A DNA stretch of 64,000 nucleotides from Octopus sinensis (lineage: Eukaryota): assembly GCF_006345805.1 (NCBI RefSeq), contig NC_042997.1:11346001-11410000 (forward strand), written 5' to 3'. Positions 11,522 through 24,946 of the stretch are shown here, one piece after another. Both the position numbers and the translations under genes were made by a program. Position 1 is the first letter of the stretch; every line of letters starts with the position of its first letter. Under the pieces are notes generated by a model that saw only the letters and a program-made list of their open reading frames with translations, had not been told where the DNA came from and made no database searches.

Positions 11522-14500
11522 CAAGGTGCCCCGCTGTGGGACTGAATCTGAAACGACGAAGCCGCTATGCGAGCTTCTTAACCACACAGCCATGCTTACG
11601 CTTAGCTGAGAAAAAAACGAAAAACAAAAACAAGCTCCCCTTTCCTCCAAAACACGGGACGGTCATGGCTGGAATGCTTTGGCTAAAGTTCTATTCAATA
11701 TGCATCTTCAAGTCGGTGGAGGTATAGAATACGCACACCACCCGTTTTTGGTGTGACCCTAACCCTGACCTTAGACGCCGATAACGGGTGGTGTGCGTAT
11801 TCTTTACCTTGGCCTTCGAATCATACACGACTGTCTAGCAAAAGGCAGCGAAACGAAGACTGCTCTGTTGTGCATTAAATAGATTTTGCTGCTATTTCTA
11901 GCCCTTCGAGTAATCACGCAAGAACCCTCTTCTATTGGCATGTGGAATTCTGTCGGATGATTTTTTCTGTTATTGGTGACTGTAGATGACCTCTGCTCAT
12001 TATTTAGTAAGACTTTCAGATGAGCCTGTCCGTAGAGTTAACGGTTAATTTTTAAATATAAAATGTTATGAAAGATGTGTTTTCATTAATTTTATGTAAT
12101 TATAACACACGCAAATACAAACACACATACATAAATACACACACTCAATAACATACACACATTTACACAGCCATACATACATAAATACATACACTCATCT
12201 ACACTCAATCACACACACATATACACACATACACACACCTGTCACATGCATACATACATATATATATAAATACATAAGCTTGCATAAGAGTTGTATCCCC
12301 TTTATATTCACCGAGATGGAAGCGTGTGAAAGGTTTGGCTCTCTCTCTATTTATTAATTAATTGAAATTTTTTGTCATTATAACATAATTAAATGACTGT
12401 TAAAAATCTGCAGTTCTAATTATGATTTCGTTGACACATATCCTTAACAAATGCTTTCATTCTATGTTACTTTGCGTGTATATATTTAAAACTGTGCTCC
12501 AGTTTCGCTTTTCAATTAAAGTTAATTTATAGATGCGTATCGGAGATCAAGTAAATAAGCATTGTATTTTTCATTGAGAATAATTCGATCCACGTTTTGT
12601 ACTTAAACGTTTGTATTATATATAGGAGCCCCATTATGATGGTTAAATACGCTAAGAGACGTAATGTAATCTTATACAGCAGCGTCGTAAATTATCACAT
12701 TCACTGAAAATCGTAATTTCTTGCGAGCTTCTTGCTTTCCAAGATTACATGAAAATGAAAGTATTGTCAAAAAATTATTTTTCCAGCTCAAAATGTGAAT
12801 GTTTTCATTCGTAAACTAGCGCACAGCCGAATGCACTAGTTTATTTTTGTGACGTGGTCGTTATTGAAATATAGTTATGTTTAATGCTTAAATTGAAGTA
12901 GCGGTTATTGACTTTCCAAGTATATCAGATGTTGACAAGGGCGAATGCACAAAACAGTTGTCTCTCAGAGAAATTATAATCTTTTACATAACATCTTTTT
13001 GCCTATGAAAAAAAAAGAAGATAACCGAAAAAATGTTTATATTAACCCAAGAAAGAAAAAAAAAACTAAAACACTTTTTTCACTTCGAAATGTTTATTTT
13101 TGATCAGCTAAAATTTTCCTGCAAAATACCCGAGCCATGAGTCCCGCAAAGTGGGGTGACTGCTAGCGCGAGTGTCACTGGTCACTCCACCACATCATCG
13201 CTCCACCATTCGTGGGGCGCGGCTAACACGCCATTTGTTCTGGGGTGTAGGTTTCGCCCAATCTTCTGATGTTTAATCGCCCCCTTTTTGCTTTTTTTTT
13301 TTTTTCAGTTTCTTTGTAATTAGATTGATTCAATCTTAATCTTCACACAACATATGCACGTTGACGCACAAATCTTTAAAGGCGTTCCAATTGTGACTAT
13401 CCCATCTTTTTAAAAGTATTCCAACTGTGACCCTCCTTTTTAAAAATTAGATGCCATCCCACCATTCTTTAACGAAAGAATGCCTACATTCCATTCGTGG
13501 CCATCTCGTCTTTTAAAATCGTTCCAAACGTGACCATCCGTGCTCATCCTACCTTCCAAACTCGACAATCTCGTCTGTTTTTGATCCCAAATATCCCTCA
13601 TGTCACACCCTACCATTTTAAAAAAGAAACGTTGTATGATGTTAAAGCAGTGTATATTCATAACTGAAGACATTCTGTCATTTTCTGTAATGAAAGTAAT
13701 TTGAGCCGGGAAAGTTTGGCAGAAGCTGATTATTTTTCAAAAAGAACTTTTGAAACATATTTGGATAATTTTAATTTCCAATATTTTAAACATAGTTCTT
13801 ACACAATATCCTGCTGTTCTGTTTAGGAAAAGCCAAAAAATCAATGAGTTATAGAAAATAAACAAACAAATTTCTCTGAAATCGATCCATAAAAAAGGGC
13901 GATCTTTCGGTATTGGTCTACAGATATGCAGAAACGACGTCATTCACCTTCTATTTCAGCGCGCGCGTGCGAATGATGTCGACTAATACCGATTCCCCAC
14001 CCCCCATGTTTTAACATACAAATCAAAAATAATTACATTCGCTTGCAAAAGTAGACAATTTCTGACGCTATTGTATAGGATTACTTGAAACAACTAATAG
14101 CTTTGTATGAAAAGCATTGTTTACGAAATCTAAGTACGTAATCCGACGAGCTAACTGTACAACCTTTATGTGGACAGTTTATTTGCTAGGACAGCCTTAA
14201 TTTACAATCTACTGTTTTTCAAAGCGGACACAGGAAAATGAACCTCCTCCTACACACACACACGCACCTGAATGATCAAGTTTGGAATATCTTCGATACT
14301 ATCTCTGCTAGATTTAAGTTGCTTTTGGACTAGACAACAAAGTTTGCCGTTTACCCATCAATAAATAGAAATAAAATTAAAATTCATCCACAGGATACGC
14401 ATATCCAACACACATCCGAACGAATTCGAGGGAAACCTCGTTGTCGGGCATACTAGAAATAGCAGCACTTTGTTTAATTTAAGCAGTAATTTATTTTTAT

Positions 14501-14829
14501 AAAAACCCTGCTTTTAACTTTATTATTCTTATTGTATATATAAAAAAAAAAAAAAAAGCCGTTTTCGTACTTTTGCTTTTGAAGATCAAAGACTCAGATT
14601 CTGCAAAAAGTTCTTGAAATTAAAACAGTTATATTTGTGTAGGAATGCCTGATAAAATGAGGGAATTCTCTCCAAAATCATTGCCGTCTTAAAAATAGTA
14701 TCAGCTTAGTAACAGTTTGGGCCGGAAAAGAAACTTCGTCTGTGTAATATTTGCCGATGCAGGTCGCTGTTCTTTCTCTGGACTCTGTCTTTTCTTATTG
14801 TATTTATTTAATTTTTTTTAAAATCTCAA

Positions 14830-14927
14830 ATGATTACCGTTAGCATGAAACGAGAATATGTAATATATCTTTTATTCAGCTTAATCTTACCATATGGTTT
14901 GGTCATATTTACATATCATTTCATTCA
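14830..14927 (+). CDS. PNP: Candidate alternative distal PNP first exon encoding hydrophobic N-terminus (MITVS)MKREYVIYLLFSLILPYGLVIFTYHFI(H)
   Basis: ATG at 14830 or 14845, open to CA|GTAAGA donor at 14928, phase 2, in frame with exon 24777. No transcript evidence. Confidence 0.35.
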
Positions 14928-15309
14928 GTAAGACGTTTGGTTCGCTGTAGTATTGAAAGTAAGCAGCAGGTGACCTCATTTACTTTATTTCTGATTTAAT
15001 ATGTATTTGGTATATCACATGGCAACCAAGTTCATTTATTTATTTATTTATTTATTTATGTACTCGATCCTCCAATAATCGCCCCCATGTTTTCTTGCTC
15101 CAAAACAGGCGGGGTTATTATGTGACTGCTCGGCTTTGTTATGTACACAAATAACAGTCATTAAAATTACACACTAAACGGTAAATGCCTTAACAGTGGC
15201 TAATTGTGATACATTAGAAATACAGAAAATGGTGGTTCCTCTCGTTTAGACTCCTAGATGGAATATAAAAAGATCTCCCAAAATATTCTTCATTTAAGAT
15301 GTTTCAAAC

Positions 15310-15830
15310 ATGAACATTCCGTCTTTTAAAAGCGTCCGACCGCGACCATTCCATTTTAAAAGCGTTTCGATCGCAACCATTCCGTCTGTTAATATAATGA
15401 AATTATTGTATACAGTGTTCAGGTGCACCACAACTTGTCAAAAAAGCGTTCCGACCGTAACCATCCCGTCTTTTGAAAGTGTTTCAAACGTAACTATCCC
15501 GTCTTTTAAAAACGCTCCAAACGTGACTATCCCGTCTTTTAAAAGCGCTCCAAATGTGACTATCCGGTCTTTTAAAAACGTTTTAAACGTGACTGTCCCG
15601 TCTTTTAAAAGCGCTCCAAAGTGACCTTCCCGTCTTTTAAAAGCTTTCCAAACGGGACTAACCCGTCTTTTAAAAGCGTTCCAAACGTGACTATCCCGTC
15701 TTTTAAAAGCGTTCCAAACGTGACTATCCCGTCTTTTAAAAGCGTTCCAAACGTGACCATTCCGCTTTTTAAAGGTGTTTCGACTGTGACCACCCCATCT
15801 TTTAAAAGCGTTCCAAATGTGACTATCTTG
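15310..15830. repeat. 33-bp minisatellite (~15 units) CCAAACGTGACTATCCCGTCTTTTAAAAGCGTT
   Basis: Direct tandem repeats, most homogeneous near 15660-15760. A degenerate array of the same unit lies at ~13375-13625. Confidence 0.9.
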
Positions 15831-16110
15831 TCATTTTTTAAAATCTCAAATCTTCATTTCACACCTTATCATCTTGTATTAAAAATATTAGATAATGCAT
15901 GGGTTACATGCTTGTATCTCGGCAAGACCTCCCTTTGTCCCCACCCCAGCAAATAAAAACCTGCAGTAGAAGCATTGCCAGATCGGATTGGAGCCTGGTG
16001 CAACCTTCTGGCTCACCAGCCCTCAGTCAAACCGTCTAACCCATGCCAGCATGGAAAGCGGTTGTTAAACGATGATGATGATGCTTATATATATATATAT
16101 ATATATATAT

Positions 16111-16439
16111 ACTAGCAGTATCGCCCGGCGTTGCTTGGGTTTGTAAGGGAAATAACTATATAAGTATTTTTAGAGAGTTATAGCCAAAAAATAGCAAAAA
16201 AATGCATTAAAAATGGAAAAAAAAATGATGGTAAATTTTTTTTTTAATCGTTGACTCATCGTAGACATTTTTAGAGAGTAGACTCATCGTAGATGCGCGC
16301 TAATACCCAGAAGGGCTCGATATAAATCACGACTATAAGATACCCGGTTTTGGTTAAATTGCACCGCAAAATGTGGGAGTAGTTAAGAATCTAAATCGTA
16401 GGAGACAGACACACAACCTTACTTTTATATATAAAGATA
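16111..16439 (+). mobile_element. Short Helitron/Helentron-like element (copy 1)
   Basis: Starts ACTAGCAGTATCGCCCGGCG and ends CTTTTATATATAAAGAT; near-identical copies elsewhere; no TIR or TSD seen. Confidence 0.6.
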
Positions 16440-16549
16440 TATCAAAATAAGCAACAAGAATATCTTATATATATAATATGTATATATGTGTGTGTATCTT
16501 AATCTGTTTCAAGGTATGGAAGCTAAACCTAGAATTAGGGACCTTAAGG

Positions 16550-17170
16550 TAATCCTGGTAAACGTAAAGGTTTTAGTAAATCTGGCATAGACAAAGGTTT
16601 TAATAAGTAGGAAAGAAGACAGGACCCTAGTACCTTCAGAGAAAAGGCCTTGCTCAATGTATTGAAAAGGTGTAGGTATAAATTTTATGTGCTGTACTTG
16701 TAAGCTATGGACCCATGAGATATACTGGAATCACTGGTGGAGTATCTGAGAATGTAAGCTTCATATGTGATGGATGCACTGGAGCAGTATCCATGAGAAA
16801 CTGAGTCACCCAAATTCCCATATAACTCATTAGTAGCTGATAGCTTTTGTTATTTATTGGATGTAATTAACAAGGGAGGTGGTTGCTCTGAAAATATGGT
16901 TGCTGAAGTAAGAACTGATTGGAGAAAATTCAGGGAGCTACTACCACTGTTGACTACAAAGATCTTCTTCCTAAGAGTGAAGGGCAGATTGTATGATATT
17001 TGGGTTAGAAATGCATGGTTGCAAGATAGGGGCCTTGCATGCTGAGGACTTGAGAAGATTGGAACGAAATACAGAAAGCATGCTCCATTTGATGGGCAAT
17101 ATGAGTATGCATGAAAGTGTTAGTGGAAAGTGCCTGTGAAGTTCCACACAGCACACTCTGTAAAGTGGCT
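16550..17170 (+). mobile_element. RTE-like LINE RT C-terminal remnant
   Basis: GGGCSE...WRKFRELLPLLTTK..LRVKGRLYD motif in ORF 16857..17045. Confidence 0.75.
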
Positions 17171-17639
17171 GGCATTAGGAAGGGCATTGAGCCATAGAAA
17201 CCCTGCCATATCAAACTTGCATCTGGTGTAGCTCCCTGGCTTGCCAGCTCTGGTCAAACTGATGCTGGTGTGTTTACATCCCCGTAACGTAGCAGTTCGG
17301 CAAAAGAGACTGATAGAATAAATACTAGGCTTACAAAGAATAAGTCCTGGGGTCGATTTGCTCGACTAAAGGCGGTGCTCCAGCATGGCCACAGTCAAAT
17401 GACTAAAACAAGCTAAAAGAGTATTGATTGAAAGAGAATAACAATAGAAATATTAGTTGTGTAATATTCGACAGTGAAGTGATTATAACCTGGTGAAAGA
17501 TATAGAATTTCAAAATATACGTTCACTGTTTAATTGTAACCACACCCTGTACTTTGTGAACTTACTGTGAACTTTAATAGCTCTCAGTGCATCCCCTTAT
17601 TTCTTCAGCTGTGTAATTAGTTACATTGTTTATAAAGCT

Positions 17640-18120
17640 CAATGTTCTCGAATGAGGACATTTACGCAGCAACACACATCTGCATACAAAATATCTTGTA
17701 CACATTTTATAACAGTGATGAAAATGCATACACACATACTCTCTCTCTCTGTAGTTGCTGTGACAAAAGAGGTAGTATGGAAGACGAGAGTGAAAGGAAT
17801 TGCAACAGGCATGTTCGTCTCCAGTCTCGAGCTAATCGACTTTTTCGTTTTCCACATGAAACGGAAAATAAGGCTGGAGAAGAAATGCCTGTTGCAAAGT
17901 GTGTTTTGTAAAAGATGGAAGTATATATTAAGTATGTTGCGAGTGAAAGAACCTGTTTAAACGAAAATATAAAAATCGAGAAAGCAAAGTCCTCAGTGTG
18001 AGTATGTGGGGTCGACCGCGTCCTCCACTTCATTTTTTGTAAATCACTCATTCTCATTTAATTATATATATTTTAATTGTTTGTTTTATTCATACGTTTC
18101 GTCTCATTCGATACCCTGAC
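17640..18120 (+). promoter_or_regulatory. CpG-retaining patch, putative PNP promoter / first-exon region
   Basis: By eye, CG dinucleotides are frequent here but scarce in the flanking intronic DNA. Contains the candidate first exon. Confidence 0.4.
17915..17997 (+). CDS. PNP: Candidate PNP first coding exon (proximal), MEVYIKYVASERTCLNENIKIEKAKSS(V)
   Basis: In-frame TAA at 17909 precedes aagATGG. 83 nt open to a perfect GTGAGT donor at 17998, phase 2 as exon 24777 requires. Lies in a CpG-retaining patch. Gives a 927-nt CDS (308 aa). Confidence 0.62.
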
Positions 18121-19264
18121 CCCAATGTTTGTTTTGTTTGTCCTCGTATCATCCCCTTCTCTCTTTCTCTCTCTTAAGTTTGATGGTTCAACCTGTCACT
18201 ACTCAGAGATTTTTGTTTGTAATCTGGTTACAAGCCAGTTGGCAAATGTCTTGTGAACCTTCTAACCAACAGACATATATAATCATCATTGTCTTTCAAT
18301 GTCCATCTCCTGGCATGAATTGGACAGTTTCAGAGCATCTGATGGGTCTGAAAACTGTTCATGCTCCAGTGTCTTTGGCATGTTTTCTACCTTCCTAATG
18401 CTAACCACTTTACTCTTTACTTACTTACTCTTTTACTTGTTTCAGTCATTTGACTGTGGCCATGCTAGAGTACTGCCTTTTGTCGAGCAAATCGACCCCA
18501 AGACTTATTCTTTGTAAGCCTAGTACTTATTCTATCGGTCACTTTTGCCGAACCGCTAAGTTACAGGGTGCCTAAACACACCAGCATCGGTTGTCAAACG
18601 ATGTTGGGGGGACAAACACAGACATACAGACGTATACACACACACACACATATATCATCATCATCATCGTTTAGCGTCCGCTTTCCATGCTAGCATGGGT
18701 TGGACGGTTCAACTGAGGTCTGGGAAGCCAGAAGGCTGCACCAGGCCCAGTCTGATCTGGCAATGTTTCTACGGCCGGATGCCCTTCCTAATGCCAAACA
18801 CTCTGTGAGTGTAGTGGGTGCTTTTAAATGCCACCGGCACGGAGGCCAGTCGGGGCGGCGATGGCAACGGCCACGTTCGGATGGTACTCTTATGTGCCAC
18901 CGGCACTGGTATCACAGCTACAATTTCCATTGATGTTGATCGATTTTGATTTTGATTTTGATTTTCACTTGCCTCAACAGGTCTTCACAAGTAGAGTTTT
19001 GTGTTCCAAGAAGGAAAGGTATGCATAAGTGGACTGGCTACATCCCAAGTAGAGGCCATGGGTTATGGTCTCACTTGTCCTGCCGGGTCTTCTCACGCAC
19101 AGCACACTTCCAAAGGTCTCGGTCTCTAGTCATTTCCTCATGCTTCTGATCCTCATGCTGTGAAACATTGGCATGTCTCATACATTCTGCTTTTTCTTTC
19201 ACTATGTAAACTTGTCACCTAGATTCCCTTCTGGCTACCTGATACAATTCTCTGCTTCTACCAT

Positions 19265-19505
19265 TTTTTCTTATTTCTTTATTGCCCGCAAGGGGCTAAA
19301 CATAAAGGGGACAAACAAGGACAGACAAAAGGATTAAGTCGATTACATCGACCCCAGTGCATAACTGGTACTTAATTTATCAAGCCCAAAAGGATGAAAG
19401 GCAAAGTCGACCTTGGCGAAATTTGAACTCAGAACGTAACGACAGACGAAATGCTGCTAAGCATTTTGCCCGGTGTGCTAACGTTTCTGCCAGCTCGCCA
19501 CCTTC
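19265..19505 (-). mobile_element. SINE family C copy
   Basis: AAAGTCGACCTYGGCGRAATTTGAACTCAG core. Other copies 20008-20240(+), 42595-42825(-), 50205-50390(+), 53775-54100(-, two partial). Confidence 0.8.
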
Positions 19506-21852
19506 TACCATTTTTCCTACCATATTTTGGGGTGATTGGTTAAAATAGTTTCCGACCCCTGATCTAGAGGAAACGCCAAAAAGGAGAGATAGGAAGAAAG
19601 TAAGCGGTTAGGGTTTCAGGTCGACCAGAAGAGAGACTATGATGGCTACATTGCAAGGTTTAAATATTTACTTACATAGCCCACCTATATCACATCCCAC
19701 ACATGTATATACACTGGCATAATCTTAAGTGTATATAGCTCTCCTGCAGATGCATGCATACAAGTATATTGGTAGCAAGGAGAAAGTTACCAAAATATCA
19801 TATTCTTATACACACCAGACAATTAGAGTGCATAATGAGTTGCCAGAGAAGCAATTAGCCTACATTTAAATGAAAACGATGCTGGTGTGCATGTGTGTGT
19901 GTGTGTGTATGTGTGTGTGTAAAGGGGGAAGCAGGTGAAAGGTGTTACAAAGATGGAGGCTTCTACAAGAATCTATTGTAGTACCCTCATATATATGTGT
20001 GTAGTATAAGGCGGCAAGCTGGCAGAAATGTTAGCATGTCGGGCGAAATGCTTAGCAGTATTTCGTCTGCCATTACGTTGTGAGTTCAGATTCCACCGAG
20101 GTCGACTTTGCCTTTCATCCTTTCGGGGTCGATAAATTAAGTACCAGTTACGCACTGGGGTCAATGTAATCGACTTGATCCCTTTGTCTGTCCTTGTTTG
20201 TCCCCTCTATGTTTAGCTCCTTGTGGGTAATAAAGAAATATATATGTGTGTAGTTTTGATTCAAGAATTATGGTTGGAATAGGTTTTTCTGGTGAAAGAT
20301 TAATAGGTTAATTCTTTTCACAACATAACCAAAGGAACATAATTCTGTGTTAAAATGATTTCTCATTCCCAAATTAGATTGACTTTCTCTCATCAGATCA
20401 ACTTCAAATGTGGTTTCAAACAAGGTGTAGGAATTATATTGCCGAAGCCCTTCTAGAAAGGTGATAGGAGATAAGGTCTAGTTAAATGGTGACCTTTGTT
20501 CCTAAACCAGATAACACTTACTTTTTTCTTTAAGATCATTTGTAATCAAGTGTGTATGTAACCCAAACCAGATTTGTTGATAAACTGAAGGAGCAGCTAA
20601 TCATATTGACTTGTAGTAATGCCAGTCACGGATAGCCTTGGATGATTTTAAAGTTCAGGTGTTTTATGGAATCAAAATAGATGTCAAAGGTCATTAGTTT
20701 GTATCATCATCATCGTTTAACAACCACTTTCCATGCTAGTATGGGTTGGACAATTTGACTGAGGACTGGCGAACCAGATGGCTGCACTAGGCTCCAATCT
20801 GATCTGGCAGAGTTTCTACAGCTTGATGCCCTTCCTAACGCCAACCACTCTGAGAGTGTATTTATTGTAATATGCTGCATTTGAATAAGTCAAGTTCTCT
20901 TTCAATAGATCCACATTCTTGTGGGTGTGTATGTATCACCTCTGTTTCTAATAGTCACTTTTGCATGCTTGTATGGGTCAGGCAGAATTTGTCAAGGTAG
21001 ATTTTTTTTCTGGCTAGATACCATTCCTCACCTTCTTAAACAAGTGAGTAAAATTTACTCACAGAAAACAGGAAGTATACGGCATCCCTTGTATGAGGGT
21101 GATGCTCATTTGCAATCCTCACATGTACACACAAATACAAACATATATGTATAAATAGTATATATGATGGGTTTCATTCAGGTTCCATCTACCAAGGCTT
21201 TGGTTGGCCTGAGGGTAGGGTAGAAGACATTTGCCCAAGGTGGTATGCAGTAGGACTGAACTGAAGACCCACATGATTGGAAGGCAAGCTTCTCGACCAC
21301 ATAGCCATGCCTCTGTGTGTGTGTTGGTCTTTATACACCAGTTTATATTATTATTCCCTTACATATATTTCACTGTTGTGGATGCTTGACCACCACACAT
21401 CATCAGGTAAATACTTTAGTAATCTAAGCATATACTGGGAGCTGGTAGACGATGGAGCTCTTAACTTGGCAGTAGCAGTTGTACATCTAACTGCTCACTA
21501 AGGTTATGTCTGCTTGTCACTATTCAGTTTTATTTCAAGGTTTCTAGCCAATAGAGAAAGAGCCAGTTTCTAACCTAGATTCAAGACTCCTTCACTGGAA
21601 TTTCAACAATATCAACAGGGTGGTTATACTCTTTTACTCTTTTACTTGTTTCAGTCATTTGACTGTGGCCATGTTGGAGCACCGCCTTTAGTCGATCAAA
21701 TCGACCCCGGGACTTATTCTTTGTAAGCCCAGTACTTATTCTATCAGTCTCTTTTGCCGAACCGCTAAGTGACGGGGACGTAAACACACCAGCATCGGTT
21801 GTCAAGCAATGCTAGGGGGACAAACACAGACACACAAACACACACACACACA

Positions 21853-21905
<53 letters not shown>

Positions 21906-23314
21906 TACGACAGGCTTCTTTCAGTTTCCGTCTACCAAATCTACTCACAAGGCATTGGTCGGCCCGGGGCTATAGCAGAAGACACTTGCCCAAGATGCCA
22001 CGCAGTGGGACTGAACCCGCAACCATGTGGTTGGTTAGCAAGCTACTTACCACACAGCCACTCCTGCGCCTATGTATGTATGTATGCATGCATGCAGATT
22101 TGTATGTTTTGTTTTATGTATGTCTTCTCATGCATATACTTGCATATTTAGACATGCTCATATATACTTAAAGGATAAACTTCTGGAAAGTTTTACAGAT
22201 TTATACAGTTCCAATGATAGCCTGGATCTGTAGTCTTCAAATCAGCTGTCTCCTTACTGGTTTTGAGAAGCCCAATTTCTCAGGACTGGTACTTAGAGAG
22301 TGTGTTACATATCCCAGTGCCCCAATAATTACAGGTATGTGTGTTGTATGTATAAACAAGAACTTTTGGATGGAAATTTATAAATCTTTTAATGCATTGC
22401 TATGTATGTTTCTACAAGCCACATGCTTTAGTTGTTGTATCTTCCATCCATAGGATATTACAAATATGATTTGCAAAATCCATGGACTTTAGGGGAAATA
22501 TTGATACAGGTGTTTGTTTACTCAGGCAAAACCTTCCCATAAATGTAGTCTAGAAGATGGGAATGATAAAGCGTAACTGGAATAAATAACATAGGACCTC
22601 CATCTCTTCCCCAAAAAGAAAATGCAGCTCAAAGGTTGCTGTTTTAACACCGTTGTGAGCACTCTAAGAACCTGGTAAGCCGAAGAGCTGTACCAGGTTC
22701 CAGTCTGATTTTGGCTTGGTTTCTATGACTGGATGCCCTTCCTAATGCCAGTCACTCCTAGAGTATAGTGGTCTTTTACATGTCACCATCATGGGTACTT
22801 TTATGTGTCATTGGCACAGGTGCTTTTGGGTGCCACCAACACCAGTCACAACTATGATTTCACTTGACAAATCTTCTCAAATTGCCAAAGGTCTTGATTA
22901 CTTGTCATTGCCTCCATGATACCCAATATTTGAAGATCATGCTTTACCATCTCATCCCATGTCTTCCCAGGATTATTTCTTCCACAGGTTCCTTCCACAA
23001 TTAGAGATCAGCCCTTATATATATATATATATATGTACTGTTATGTCTGAGGAGAGTCATTTTCTTTTTGTGTCTTATAATTTAACACACTCACCGAAAA
23101 AATAAAAATATAACATAATAAATAATAAAAATATAATAAGAAATAATAAAAAATAATAAGAAATAAGTGGAAATTTTACCAGTGAATGTGTTAAATTATA
23201 AGGCACAAAAAGAAAATGACTCACCCCAGACACAACAGAATATGTTTCAACACATGAACTCATATAAAGAATCTTGTAAACCAAATCCCAAAACGAAATA
23301 TATATATATATATA

Positions 23315-23717
23315 CTAGCAGTATCGCCCGGCATTGCTCGGGTTTGTAAGGGAAATAACTATATAAGCATTTTTAGAGAGTTATAGCCAAAAAATAGCAA
23401 AAAAAAATGCATTAAAAATGGAAAAAAAATGATGGTAAATTTTTTTAAAAGTCGTTGACTCATCGTAGACATTTTTAGAGAGTTACTTCCCTTTTTATAA
23501 TAGCGAAAAAATGCATTAAAATGGAAAAAAATGATGGTAAATTTTTTTTTTAAATTGCAGACTCATCGTAGACGCGCGCTAATACCCAGAAGGGCTCGAT
23601 ATGAATCACAACTATAAGATACCCGGTTTTGGTTAAACTGCACCGCAAAATGTGGGAGTAGTTAGGAATCTAAATTGTAGGAGACAGACACACAATTTGA
23701 CTTTTATATATAAAGAT
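23315..23717 (+). mobile_element. Short Helitron/Helentron-like element (copy 2)
   Basis: Same termini as 16111-16439, with an internal duplication. Confidence 0.6.
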
Positions 23718-23726
23718 ATATATATA

Positions 23727-24302
23727 CTCAGACATGCAGGAAGTAAACAGACACCTTTAATTTTCAAAATATTTTATTTGATATTAATTGGTTGAAGGAA
23801 AGGTTTTCTTCTTGCTCCTCGTCCATAATACTCAAGCTTATGCAGATATGTAACCCACGTTCTTGGACTAACTTTTAGCTGTTTTGCAATGTCAGAAGCC
23901 TTTGAATGGGATTCATTTTCCACAATTCTCTTCAAACAGCAAAGTTTCCTTTCCAAGGGCTCAGGTTGACCAGGATGAGAATCTGTTGATTCTTTTCCTT
24001 GACTTTTGAATTGCACTATAATTCTATTAACAGTAGCAAGAGGAATTTGGAGATTTTCAGCAATTTTTCGCTGGCTAAGACCAACTTCAGATAACCCAAC
24101 AATATGACCTCTTTGAAAATCTGATAGCTGTGCTGAACTATTTGTGCGTGGCATGGTTACTCTTCGCAAATGTTTAATATAATGGCACCTGGAATGAAAA
24201 AGAATAATAACATTGTAAATTCTACACCTCTGAAAACATTAAGACGTGTAGATCATAAATTTTGAAAATTAAAGGTGTCTATTTACTTCCTGCATGTCCC
24301 TG
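23727..24302 (-). mobile_element. Internally deleted Tc1-like element
   Basis: ~40-bp TIRs (GACATGCAGGAAGTAAAYAGACACCTTTAATTTT). Minus ORF 23774..24169 encodes a Tc1 HTH ([32 protein letters not shown]). Confidence 0.85.
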
Positions 24303-24776
24303 TGTGTATGTATATATATATAATCAGATTCTCTTGTTGTTAGTTGACTTGTGAAGGTTCGACAATTTCTTGCTGAACAACCATGCATAAATGATTTGTT
24401 TATTGTGATTAAATGTCAGTGTTCATGTAAGTTCACTTCTTCCATCAAATTGGCATTACCTGTGCAGGTGTATGACATGCCACATGTCAGATGATAAAAT
24501 GATTGAAGAATAACATGAAAGGAAGTGTTTTACTCATAAACACAATGCAATTCCTGATCTGGGAATCGAAACGACGATCTCGTGATTGTAAGTGTAACAC
24601 TATAACCACTAAGCCATTTGCCTTTACACATGTATTTAAGTGTATGTGTGGTGCATGCACACACCCACACAGTGCTATAAGAAGGGAGCAATTAAACATT
24701 TTATTCAAAATATTTTTTAAAAATCACTCAAAAACAACCAAAAATTAATTTACAAATTTTCTTTTTTTCCTTTTAG

Positions 24777-24946
24777 TATTCCCTACGAGAAAGTAGAATG
24801 TATTGCCAATGTCATAAAACCCAAGCTAAAAGCTATGCCAAAGCTTGGAGTCATCTGTGGATCTGGTCTTGGAGGCCTGGCTGACATGGTAACTGACAAA
24901 GTCTGCTTCCCTTATTCAGAATTGCCTGACTTCCCAGTCAGCACAG
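24777..24946 (+). CDS. PNP: Purine nucleoside phosphorylase, internal coding exon (170 nt, phase 2 in, phase 1 out)
   Basis: ttttag|T ATT CCC...AGC ACA G|gtaaat translates to IPYEKVECIANVIKPKLKAMPKLGVICGSGLGGLADMVTDKVCFPYSELPDFPVST, containing the trimeric-PNP ICGSGLG phosphate-binding motif. Confidence 0.96.

Noticed and set aside
13137-13150. ATG AGT CCC GCA AA|gtgggg as PNP exon 1
   Set aside because: Phase fits, but the donor is poor compared with the other two candidates.
14951-14964. Strong donor AA|GTAAGC at 14959
   Set aside because: The required frame has TGA immediately before it; it could only end a non-coding exon.
15310-15830. CRISPR-like array or repeat-protein gene
   Set aside because: Units abut with no unique spacers, the context is eukaryotic, and no splice or start support exists for the ORFs.
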